Origin: Verrucomicrobiota bacterium
GTDB lineage: Bacteria; Verrucomicrobiota; Verrucomicrobiia; Opitutales; LL51
Reading direction: 5' to 3'
Assembly: GCA_021294815.2 (NCBI GenBank)
Contig: CP095464.1
Span: 360,001-392,000 of the forward strand
DNA: 32,000 nt
Part shown: in pieces, positions 9,125 to 16,506 of the stretch
Position numbering within the stretch: position 1 is the stretch's first letter
Layout of the letters: each line of letters opens with the position of its first letter
Program-made: the position numbers and the translations under genes
The notes under the pieces: generated by a model
The model's input: the letters and a program-made list of their open reading frames with translations, nothing else
What the model was told of the DNA's origin: nothing
The model's database searches: none

Positions 9125-11506
9125 ATGCCAAACGGTATCAGTTCGCCAATTCAAACAATGCGCACATATGATGTGTACAGTCTGGACGATTTAAACAAAT
9201 TACAGGACAATGTAAAAACTCATCGCAATGTTTTGAAGGGTCGAGTGGACGCAAGCCAGATCAAAAATGCAGGTACCATAACGGTTAATGGCCAATTAAA
9301 ACTAAAGCTTGAAGTCGAAAAGGGAAAAGGAATTTTCCGAAAAAATCGCACAAAAATCACCCTCATGGATACGGAAGGTAAATGCGTTACATCGTTCTAC
9401 CATAATCAGGGGAAAAAGTTTAAGGAAAATTTCCATAAAGCTTTCAATGAATTTAAGGAAATGAACGCCATTGTTGTTGATAAGACTGTCCCAGAAAAAA
9501 ATGCAAACATTGACAGGATTAAAAGCTTCAGTGGACAACAAATGCTACCCCCAGGAGACCTGATTTCAACTCCAACTGAGCATACGGCCACAAAACAGCC
9601 AGAAACTACAGCAAGTAACGACACAACGGCGACAAGTACTGTAGCAACTCAACCGCCTACTGCTGGTGTAAACGGGGCTGCTACAACGGGCACGACGACT
9701 GGCGTAGATAAACCCAAAGAACCTCTCAATATGAATCCAGGCATGGAGATTGTTGATGTGCAAACAAAACTTCAACCATGCCGTACACATATTCAGCGAC
9801 TAACCGTAGTTAGGGCACAACTATCGGCAGCCCAAAATAATTTTGGTATAGAGCATCCCGATATCCCGATGTATATGACGCTACCAAATGGTGGTATACA
9901 AACGGAATTAGGTATCGCACAACACACTTTAGAACATTTAAAATCCGAAGGAAAGTCTAGTACCACAAATATACAGGGTCTCGGAGGATCAGAAGGTAAC
10001 CGTGTGTTTTTAGAGGGGAGCGAAAAAACGGCTCAACGTATTCAAGACCAATTCCTCAGTCCCCTTCTCACGATGAGTGTGGATGAACGACAACAAAGTC
10101 TGACAGCTGTCATCGATACTTATAAACATTTTACAAACCAAATTACCGGGGATCGGACAATCAACGGAAGCGTCAAATCCCTAACGTTAACTGCAGACCA
10201 ACAAAAGGCCGAATTAGGTAAGTTAATAAGCATTCTAGAGGCAGCAAAAAGAGAATTGAGCAACGAAGGCTCAGAAATCAGGCAAAAAATTGAAACCTCC
10301 CCCGGAACAACCCTTTGCTCGATTATGAAATTTACCTCAAATGGACAAGATGTGAAAGAATTAGCAAAAGAGGTAAAAAACAACCATGACACCTTGAAAA
10401 AAGGCGAGGGGATGGAATTTAATAGAACCATCAATGACACAACATTCAAAGTATCGCTTTCTAAACCCAAAAAGTTCTTTGGGAAATCTGGCACACAAGT
10501 TACATTCCAAGATCCACAGGGATACTCTGTGTCTTTTGTATTTGACAAAGGGAAAGATCTGGAGGCGAAAATTAAAGATGCCCTCACATCAGTCGCTGCC
10601 AAGATGTATACCGGACAATTTAGAGAATTAGAAACCGAGCGTCTTTTCAACACACCGACTGAAAATTTCTCGCGCCAATCGCTCGATGATGTAAAGGAAC
10701 TGGGGAGCCTTTACGCCGACCCCAACTCTCCCAAGATTCAAGAACTGGGAAACAAATTAAATGACATTCTTTTGATGCTAGAAGAAAATATTCAAAATGC
10801 GAATCTTCAAGCAGCTAAAGATATATGGTACATGGCAGACGCCATAATGGACGCTTTCAAGAATCTCGACGAACCTCTCCCCGACGTTCAGCGGGTTATA
10901 CGCGACAAAGCCGCAAATATAAAAGAGAACGCTCAAACTATCAAGAATCAAGCCAAAGTTGAACAAACAAGCTCTGAAGCCGCTCAACCTGAAACAACCC
11001 CGGTGGCGACAAATGGAGAAGTTTCAGCGCCGGCAGCTCAAGCCGTAGATATGACTTCCACCCCAGATACGTCTCCTGCTCCGGTTAATACGACAGCGAC
11101 CCCACAAGAATCGATACCGACGGGTATATCACCAGAATTGCAAAAAATTCTCGAGACGCCAACTCAAGACCTTTCCGTGGACGATGTAAAGAAACTCATT
11201 CACCCCTATTGTGATCCCAATTCCTCGGATGCGCCAAAACTCGAAGAGAAAGTTAACGACGTCCTGGATGCGCTCATAGAAGCTCTTCCTCAGGGAAGAA
11301 CGCCAACTGACGCGGCGCATGAAGCACTCGCACCGCTGTATTATCCCAATAGTTTGAAAAGCGACGCCGTATCCGCTAAGTTTGAAAAAATATGCAGTAT
11401 AATGGAAAAGCTTCCGGACTCTGGCTTTGTTTATATTGTCAAAGGTCAAAAATTGTTCCGGGCTTCTGAACAAAAAACTGCAATCTACAGAAACCTGAAA
11501 CTCTAA
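9125..11506 (+). CDS. Large modular hypothetical protein (793 aa). Candidate secreted or T3SS-delivered protein.
   Basis: Single long ORF with no signal peptide or TM segment. It has two Thr/Pro/Ala-rich low-complexity linkers and two pairs of internally duplicated modules (see findings). Confidence 0.7.
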   Translation: MPNGISSPIQTMRTYDVYSLDDLNKLQDNVKTHRNVLKGRVDASQIKNAGTITVNGQLKLKLEVEKGKGIFRKNRTKITLMDTEGKCVTSFYHNQGKKFKENFHKAFNEFKEMNAIVVDKTVPEKNANIDRIKSFSGQQMLPPGDLISTPTEHTATKQPETTASNDTTATSTVATQPPTAGVNGAATTGTTTGVDKPKEPLNMNPGMEIVDVQTKLQPCRTHIQRLTVVRAQLSAAQNNFGIEHPDIPMYMTLPNGGIQTELGIAQHTLEHLKSEGKSSTTNIQGLGGSEGNRVFLEGSEKTAQRIQDQFLSPLLTMSVDERQQSLTAVIDTYKHFTNQITGDRTINGSVKSLTLTADQQKAELGKLISILEAAKRELSNEGSEIRQKIETSPGTTLCSIMKFTSNGQDVKELAKEVKNNHDTLKKGEGMEFNRTINDTTFKVSLSKPKKFFGKSGTQVTFQDPQGYSVSFVFDKGKDLEAKIKDALTSVAAKMYTGQFRELETERLFNTPTENFSRQSLDDVKELGSLYADPNSPKIQELGNKLNDILLMLEENIQNANLQAAKDIWYMADAIMDAFKNLDEPLPDVQRVIRDKAANIKENAQTIKNQAKVEQTSSEAAQPETTPVATNGEVSAPAAQAVDMTSTPDTSPAPVNTTATPQESIPTGISPELQKILETPTQDLSVDDVKKLIHPYCDPNSSDAPKLEEKVNDVLDALIEALPQGRTPTDAAHEALAPLYYPNSLKSDAVSAKFEKICSIMEKLPDSGFVYIVKGQKLFRASEQKTAIYRNLKL

Positions 11507-11702
11507 AAAACGCGAATGGCGTGTCGGAGCATCTCGCAACATGATCCGAGACAACACGGTGAATGGAGTTTTGCGAAAATATTTCCACAAAATGAGTGGA
11601 AATATTTCGATTATAGACTGGATGGCGGGAATAACAGGTGCAGATAAATGACCCGCAAGTGGAATTTCGAAGCTGTCATTGAAGGGGTAAGATTTGGCTA
11701 GA

Positions 11703-11925
11703 AAAACAAACGCGCCCCATATAGAGGCGCGCTGTTGCTATGAAAATACAAAATAAATAACCTACCCTTGGTTTCGGAAAAGCGTTTGGAGGCCCTGGCT
11801 CGTCCTATCTGAGATTTTCGAAGACAGTTCGTTCATGTAGCTTAGTTTGAGTACGAGAAATTACATTTCCAGGAAATTTCCGGGTTGAAAGACTGTGTTC
11901 GCAGGTGAATTTTAAGTGCATCGCC
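11703..11925. repeat. Repeat copy A: degenerate duplicate of the sctI 3' end plus downstream hairpin
   Basis: Aligns by eye with 13340-13560, including exact runs tgttgctatgaaaatacaaaa (21 nt) and agcgtttggaggccctggctcgt (23 nt). The offset is about 1632-1637 nt. Confidence 0.8.
11762..11925 (-). pseudogene. Remnant of an sctI-like 3' end, with an in-frame stop and decayed upstream part
   Basis: The minus-strand translation reads ...PGNFLEM*FLVLKLSYMNELSSKISDRTSQGLQTLFRNQG*. The intact gene reads ...SSKDLLEMQFLVLQLSYVNELSSKVSDKTSQGLQTLFRNQG*. A CAA to TAA change interrupts the frame, and there is no upstream ORF. Confidence 0.75.
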
Positions 11926-11954
11926 AACAAACACGAATCAGTATGCGGAACTTA

Positions 11955-11982
11955 TTTATATTTAAAATAAAATTTATACAAT
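11955..11982 (+). promoter_or_regulatory. Sigma70-like promoter boxes for the 380 aa gene (TTTATA, 16 nt, TACAAT)
   Basis: -35 at 11955-11960 and -10 at 11977-11982. 8 nt (actaaatc, no SD) precede the ATG at 11991. Confidence 0.3.
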
Positions 11983-11990
11983 ACTAAATC

Positions 11991-13133
11991 ATGGGATCTC
12001 TAATCAATAATTTACGGAATTACGGATTTATCGATGGCATCAAGCAAACATTTTCAGATATAAACGTGAAAAAGGCCAAATTTGACCTGAAAATAGCGAT
12101 GGCACCTCATCCCAAACTGGATGGTATACGACAGGCGCTTGTCGGAGGAAAACTTTCTCATGTTAATGGCAAAGAATTATCTCAAACAACAAGTGTCCCC
12201 TCGAGTGTCCCGAAGTTTATACAGACAAAGTTTGAACGGACGGTAAGATTTCTAAATGACAAAGTAAATTTCCGAACACAAAGCCTCCGAGACAAAGATG
12301 ACTGGGACAGTGGCCTCATCACAACAACAACCAAAGAAAATGCCGAGAAATTTTCAGCACGTGACATCAAGAGACTCGCCAATGCAGCACGATGGCTTCC
12401 TCAAGGTAGTTCTGAATCGAACCATGCCAAGGAAATGGTTCACGCCGCTCTAGACCTTATAAGCACCAAAATAAACAAGATGAAGACCTTAGCACAAACG
12501 ACCTCAAAAAAACTAGCAGCTATAGCGAAACTTTTCCCTGAGGAAGTAGCAAAAGCTGTTGCAGATGCTCCGGATTCCTCGAATGATCTTCAAAAATTGC
12601 TTCCTAAGGAAAAACCTTCTGCATCAGAAATTTTTAAAAATAACAACCCAATACCTAAACCTGCGCCGGGTAATCTTTCAGAATTTCACCAGGAAGAAAG
12701 TTCCACGATACCAAATAATCCCACAGAACTCTCCCAACCTCAACGACCAGCACAAGAAGAGTTGATTTCGAACCCGGGAAAACCGCTCGATGACTTTGAA
12801 GAAAAAGTTCCAGAAAGTGGCAATCAAGCGCAAACCAATACTCCAGGTGGTCCGTCGCAGATTTCACCACAAAACAGCAGCTCCATGGAAGAAGCCTCAG
12901 AAGTGTCTCTTTTAGACTCCGGAGTTAAAGTAACTGTAAAAGATCTTGCTGGCATCATGAAAAATCTGGCTGATGTTATGCCAGGAACGAATCTCAATAG
13001 CACCATAAAAAGGGTAGCTGATGTCGATGCAAAAGCGGCGAAAGAACTCAAGAAACTCCTCAGAGAGTCCCAACCAAAAGTTTCTGCTTTCTCCAAATTT
13101 TTAAACTTCTTCCAAACGAAACCCAAATCATGA
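11991..13133 (+). CDS. Hypothetical protein (380 aa) with a Pro/Ser/Gln-rich disordered centre. Candidate T3SS substrate.
   Basis: Long ORF with no TM segment or signal peptide and a hydrophilic N-terminus (MGSLINNLRNYGF). It is bracketed by the two copies of the sctI-3'/hairpin repeat. Confidence 0.6.
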   Translation: MGSLINNLRNYGFIDGIKQTFSDINVKKAKFDLKIAMAPHPKLDGIRQALVGGKLSHVNGKELSQTTSVPSSVPKFIQTKFERTVRFLNDKVNFRTQSLRDKDDWDSGLITTTTKENAEKFSARDIKRLANAARWLPQGSSESNHAKEMVHAALDLISTKINKMKTLAQTTSKKLAAIAKLFPEEVAKAVADAPDSSNDLQKLLPKEKPSASEIFKNNNPIPKPAPGNLSEFHQEESSTIPNNPTELSQPQRPAQEELISNPGKPLDDFEEKVPESGNQAQTNTPGGPSQISPQNSSSMEEASEVSLLDSGVKVTVKDLAGIMKNLADVMPGTNLNSTIKRVADVDAKAAKELKKLLRESQPKVSAFSKFLNFFQTKPKS

Positions 13134-13339
13134 TCGAGAATGGTCTCCCAGAACGCCCATCTTAATAATAGGCTTGCAAGCAGAATGAGAACACGTTGTA
13201 ACTTTTCAGAGGGGTACCACGCCATAAAAATGAACTCTCAGAGCAAGAACGCCCCCTCAAAAAATAAGCGGGATCAGAATTACTTTTCAATAAATCCACG
13301 TTAGTTGCCAATGACCACAAACATAACACTCCTTCCGCG

Positions 13340-13560
13340 AAAATCAACGCGCCCATATAGAGGCGCGTTGTTGCTATGAAAATACAAAACAACTTATCCT
13401 TGATTGCGAAAGAGCGTTTGGAGGCCCTGGCTCGTTTTGTCTGAAACTTTCGAGGAAAGCTCATTCACGTAGCTCAACTGGAGCACGAGAAATTGCATCT
13501 CTAAAAGGTCCTTGCTTGAAGGATCACGGCCGTTTGCGGATAGATAGTTAATGCGACGCG
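13340..13560. repeat. Repeat copy B: the functional sctI 3' end plus terminator hairpin
   Basis: Partner of 11703-11925, as described for that feature. Confidence 0.8.
13345..13370. terminator. GC-rich hairpin between the convergent 380 aa gene and sctI, possibly a bidirectional terminator
   Basis: Stem caacgcgcc / ggcgcgttg (9 bp) with the loop catataga. It is followed by ttgttgct on the plus strand and attttcgcgg on the minus strand, so the T-tracts are modest. Confidence 0.5.
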
Positions 13561-13828
13561 TAATCCCTTTGAAAACATCGCGGACCGATTGAATTGAATC
13601 TAAAATGCCCTGCGTCGGCGAAGACTGCACGGGATTGATGCCCATGCCGAGTTTCGCATTCTGTAAGTTGGCGTCCTGGAGCGCCGCATTGAAAACTTGC
13701 CCGTCCTTAAACGGAGGAACAACATTCGCATCCCAAAACTCAACGTTGCCCATATTGACGCGGCCAACGGTATTGACCTTGCTTACAAGCTCTTGCGCTT
13801 GCGCGACCGCCGCAACTTGATGTACCAT
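13394..13828 (-). CDS. sctI: T3SS inner rod protein (SctI / YscI / PrgJ family)
   Basis: 144 aa from the ATG at 13828, with the RBS AAGGAAGGG upstream. The C-terminus DLLEMQFLVLQLSYVNELSSKVSDKTSQGLQTLFRNQG follows the pattern of the YscI C-terminus (DLMLMQWSLIRITIQEELIAKTAGRMSQNVETLSKGG). It sits after the sctF and YscG-like genes. Confidence 0.7.
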   Translation of the reverse strand: MVHQVAAVAQAQELVSKVNTVGRVNMGNVEFWDANVVPPFKDGQVFNAALQDANLQNAKLGMGINPVQSSPTQGILDSIQSVRDVFKGITRRINYLSANGRDPSSKDLLEMQFLVLQLSYVNELSSKVSDKTSQGLQTLFRNQG

Positions 13829-13832
13829 AAAA

Positions 13833-14225
13833 TTACCCTTCCTTGATGATTTTTGTCGCCAATTTGACCGCATCAGGATCGTGGCCGCCAGCGCTAACCT
13901 CTTCGAGCACAGCGTGGCTTTGGCTCCGTTGCCCTACCTGGTGCAACATAAAGCCGTAAAATGCCTTCGCCATTTCGCTCTCCGGATTAACATGGAGCGC
14001 ACCTTCAACCAGTAGCTTCGATGCTGCAGTATATTCCCCAAAAACCATATGCATAAACGCATAGGCAATGTAGACATACTCGTTTTCGGGGCGAGCCGCG
14101 AGAACGCCCTCAAAGATACGTTCCGCTGTCTTTTTTCGCCCACAACCCGTCGCGACATAACCGATGTCAACGAGCAGTTGCAGCATCTCTGCGGAAATTG
14201 CTTCCCGACCCAATGATCGATCCAT
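13833..14225 (-). CDS. TPR-like T3SS chaperone (YscG/CdsG-like needle co-chaperone)
   Basis: 130 aa all-helical protein with TPR-like A/Y/F spacing (AERIFEGVLAARPENEYVYIAYAFMHMVFGEYTAASKLL). It lies immediately downstream of the needle gene, as in the yscE-F-G and cdsE-F-G arrangements. Confidence 0.6.
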   Translation of the reverse strand: MDRSLGREAISAEMLQLLVDIGYVATGCGRKKTAERIFEGVLAARPENEYVYIAYAFMHMVFGEYTAASKLLVEGALHVNPESEMAKAFYGFMLHQVGQRSQSHAVLEEVSAGGHDPDAVKLATKIIKEG

Positions 14226-14238
14226 CCGCGATTAAAAT

Positions 14239-14547
14239 TTAACGAATGTTCTGCGTAATTTTTGTAAGCGTATCACCGACGAGACGAATGATACCCGTAA
14301 CCGTCGCCGAAACCGTTCCCCAAGTCTGAACCATCGCTTGTAAACGGAGCAATGTCCCCTGGTCAATATCACTCGCGTTACTTCCTTCAATACAACTAAT
14401 CGTTTCCGCAAGGTTCTTTTCGTATGTGTGCAGATAACTCGATAGCGTCTCATACATATTCATGATGCTAAGATGTTGAGTTACTGTCCCCCAAGCCATC
14501 TCAGAAGCTGGCTTGAACTCTAAATCCGGTGTTGCTGGTATTGCCAT
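14239..14547 (-). CDS. sctF: T3SS needle filament protein (SctF / YscF / CdsF family)
   Basis: 102 aa from the ATG at 14547, with the RBS AAGGA 8 nt upstream. The C-terminal helix DQGTLLRLQAMVQTWGTVSATVTGIIRLVGDTLTKITQNIR has the needle-family pattern (LL.LQ....W.......S.....D....I). The longer ORF-track start at 14604 lacks an RBS. Confidence 0.75.
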   Translation of the reverse strand: MAIPATPDLEFKPASEMAWGTVTQHLSIMNMYETLSSYLHTYEKNLAETISCIEGSNASDIDQGTLLRLQAMVQTWGTVSATVTGIIRLVGDTLTKITQNIR

Positions 14548-14612
14548 CCTTATATCCTTTGTTGTGTGTGGAGAGCAGCATAAACCGATTTTTTGAAATC
14601 GCAATAAAAATT

Positions 14613-14843
14613 TTACTGAAAATTAATAATAACGTCTTGAGCCTGGATGAGAGCCTGTTTTAATTGGTCGTAGAGCGCAAATTCGTCGGGTGGGAGGCCA
14701 TGACTGAGATGAGATTGCATCTCTTGTTGGAATGCTTGCAACTTACTTAAAAGTTCTTGGCGATATTGCCCATTGGGATCCTCAAGGAGCTTGCGTTCCA
14801 TTTCTGTTAACGTTAGGCGCTTCGATTGATTCTCCCTATTCAT
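14613..14843 (-). CDS. YscE/CdsE-like small helical needle co-chaperone
   Basis: 76 aa from the ATG at 14843 (MNRENQSKRLTLTEMERKLLEDPNGQYRQELLSKLQAFQQEMQSHLSHGLPPDEFALYDQLKQALIQAQDVIINFQ). It is a two-helix protein whose size and position match yscE and cdsE, directly upstream of sctF. The 123 aa ORF-track version would run through the terminator hairpin. Confidence 0.55.
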   Translation of the reverse strand: MNRENQSKRLTLTEMERKLLEDPNGQYRQELLSKLQAFQQEMQSHLSHGLPPDEFALYDQLKQALIQAQDVIINFQ

Positions 14844-14880
14844 GAAGTGGAAAGGTAGAGAATTTCTGTGAGGTCGCGAG

Positions 14881-14916
14881 GTTAAAATAATATGCGGGGG
14901 CTTTCCCTGCCCCCGC
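14881..14916 (-). terminator. Strong GC hairpin plus T-tract between sctD and the YscE-like gene
   Basis: Stem GCGGGGGC / GCCCCCGC (8 bp, positions 14894-14901 and 14909-14916) with a 7-nt loop. On the minus strand it is followed by ATATTATTTTAAC. Confidence 0.55.
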
Positions 14917-14985
14917 GAGTTAGCCCTCCTTCGCACCGTCACCATCCATCCAAAGGGAGACGTCACGACCATCCAGCCATCCAAT

Positions 14986-16395
14986 CTACATCCACTCGAG
15001 GTCTAACTTAATTTCTTCTTCTGCGTTTTTGATCGTCACACTATCCTGCTCGATCGTCTCGACAACGTAACCACTCGGTAATACCGATCCCTGGAAGTAT
15101 TTATTCCCATTCTTTAGATTCACCCAATCCAGCCCGCTATCGTTGAAGTTGACGCTGTCGATCTTGCCTCCAAAAAATTTCTCAATCGTTAAATTCCGAT
15201 CCGTCGAAACGCCGACGTTAAAACTTAACTGTGCTTTCTTCTTAAAATTCTTTTCAAGGTCGCCCTTCAATTGACTCCAAGTACCTTTGAGGTCGTCAGC
15301 GATAGTACCCGTTACGGCGACACCGGCGTCATCTGCCTTAACCTCTAAAATTTGCTCCATTTTATACTGTTTAATCAGATTCTCGGCAAGCTCCTCGGCA
15401 GAATCCTTGTTGAGTACCTGATCATCGAGCTTGTTGACGCCCTTAATCTTTTCAATCTCCTCGCGTAATGCAGCCCAAGCCTCTCCTTTTTTGACATAGC
15501 CCAGCGCAATGTAATCCCCAAATTCATCGCCTTGTTTAACGACGACATTTTGTTTCGCATCCTGGACGGCTTCACGGATCTGGTTTAAAACTTTTTCGGC
15601 ACAACTGAGCTTTACGGACGCCTTTTCGGTGATATCGCGAACTGCTTTTTTGATTTTTGCCGAATCATCGAGCGTCTGAGTGTACCCAACAACCGAGTAT
15701 CCACCCTCCCCTGTCGCCGTTACCTTCGTTCGGGCGTTGAGTTTTAGATCACGCACTACCCGCTCAATCCGCTTCTCTAAGGGCTCGAGCTTCACCACTC
15801 GTACCGACGGGCGGTCCTTAACCATGACGTAACCAATAGAAATGGCAACCGCAAGTGCAGTACTAATACTCACACCGATGGAACACCGTACCATCCGCTG
15901 TTTCAGGGTGTAATGAATCTTCGCACCGGGACCAATCCCATCCGCAGCATTGATATCTCGGTTTTCGAGTTCCTTTCCAGCGACATCGCTTTCCGAAGCC
16001 TTTAGACCTTCATTGCCCACCTCTTCCGAAGGCGACTCGATTTTTTCTAGCTCTGGAAATGGCTGCTGCTCGACGTCTGCCCAACGTTTACTCTCACTCT
16101 CACCGACCATAAGGTGGGTGTTGCCAAGAGTAATGAAGGTAAAATTCTCAACATCGCTCGGTTCCCTTAAAAGCTTCCCCGCAATAAAAACATCCCCCTC
16201 TAACGGTGTCAGTTTTATGTGGTCACCCTCCAATTGGAGCTCGGCATGCCGATCGGCAACTGCATCGTCATCGATGACAACATCACACGCATCCGCAGTC
16301 CCAATGATAACCGCTTCCGCCGGGATTTCAAACTCCGCACCCCGGTGAGGTCCGGATAAGACTCGTAACGTCAAACCCATCGCACTGCTGGCCAC
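14986..16395 (-). CDS. sctD: T3SS inner-membrane ring protein with an N-terminal FHA domain (SctD / YscD / CdsD family)
   Basis: 469 aa. The N-terminal FHA-like fold reads LTLRVLSGPHRGAEFEIPAEAVIIGTADACDVVIDDDAVADRHAELQLEGDHIKL. There is one TM segment (CSIGVSISTALAVAISIGYVMV) and then a roughly 270 aa periplasmic region. It heads the needle gene set. Confidence 0.75.
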   Translation of the reverse strand: MASSAMGLTLRVLSGPHRGAEFEIPAEAVIIGTADACDVVIDDDAVADRHAELQLEGDHIKLTPLEGDVFIAGKLLREPSDVENFTFITLGNTHLMVGESESKRWADVEQQPFPELEKIESPSEEVGNEGLKASESDVAGKELENRDINAADGIGPGAKIHYTLKQRMVRCSIGVSISTALAVAISIGYVMVKDRPSVRVVKLEPLEKRIERVVRDLKLNARTKVTATGEGGYSVVGYTQTLDDSAKIKKAVRDITEKASVKLSCAEKVLNQIREAVQDAKQNVVVKQGDEFGDYIALGYVKKGEAWAALREEIEKIKGVNKLDDQVLNKDSAEELAENLIKQYKMEQILEVKADDAGVAVTGTIADDLKGTWSQLKGDLEKNFKKKAQLSFNVGVSTDRNLTIEKFFGGKIDSVNFNDSGLDWVNLKNGNKYFQGSVLPSGYVVETIEQDSVTIKNAEEEIKLDLEWM

Positions 16396-16506
16396 GAACT
16401 AAGGAAATTTTCCCCATAAGTCAATATTTTTGAATAAAAGTTTACAAGGATACGGTTTGTCGTTGCGCAATAACGCCTATTTATTAAGGTTTCAAGCGGA
16501 TTGAGG

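Noticed and set aside
10120-13225. Antisense ORFs of 133-177 aa inside the 793 aa and 380 aa genes (10120-10653-, 11129-11590-, 12824-13225-)
   Set aside because: Each is shorter than, and nested in or overlapping, a much longer sense ORF. Low-complexity sense sequence tends to keep the antisense frames open.
13394-14984. Longer ORF-track N-termini for sctI (13873), sctF (14604) and the YscE-like gene (14984)
   Set aside because: The extensions overlap upstream genes or run through the terminator hairpin, lack an RBS, and encode Arg/Trp-rich junk. Internal ATGs at 13828, 14547 and 14843 have good context, with RBSs visible upstream of the first two.
16396-16506. Divergent promoter assignment in the sctD/sctW intergenic region (TTTACA and TTGAAT boxes)
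   Set aside because: No convincing -10 hexamer could be found at proper spacing for either direction, so any call would be guesswork.
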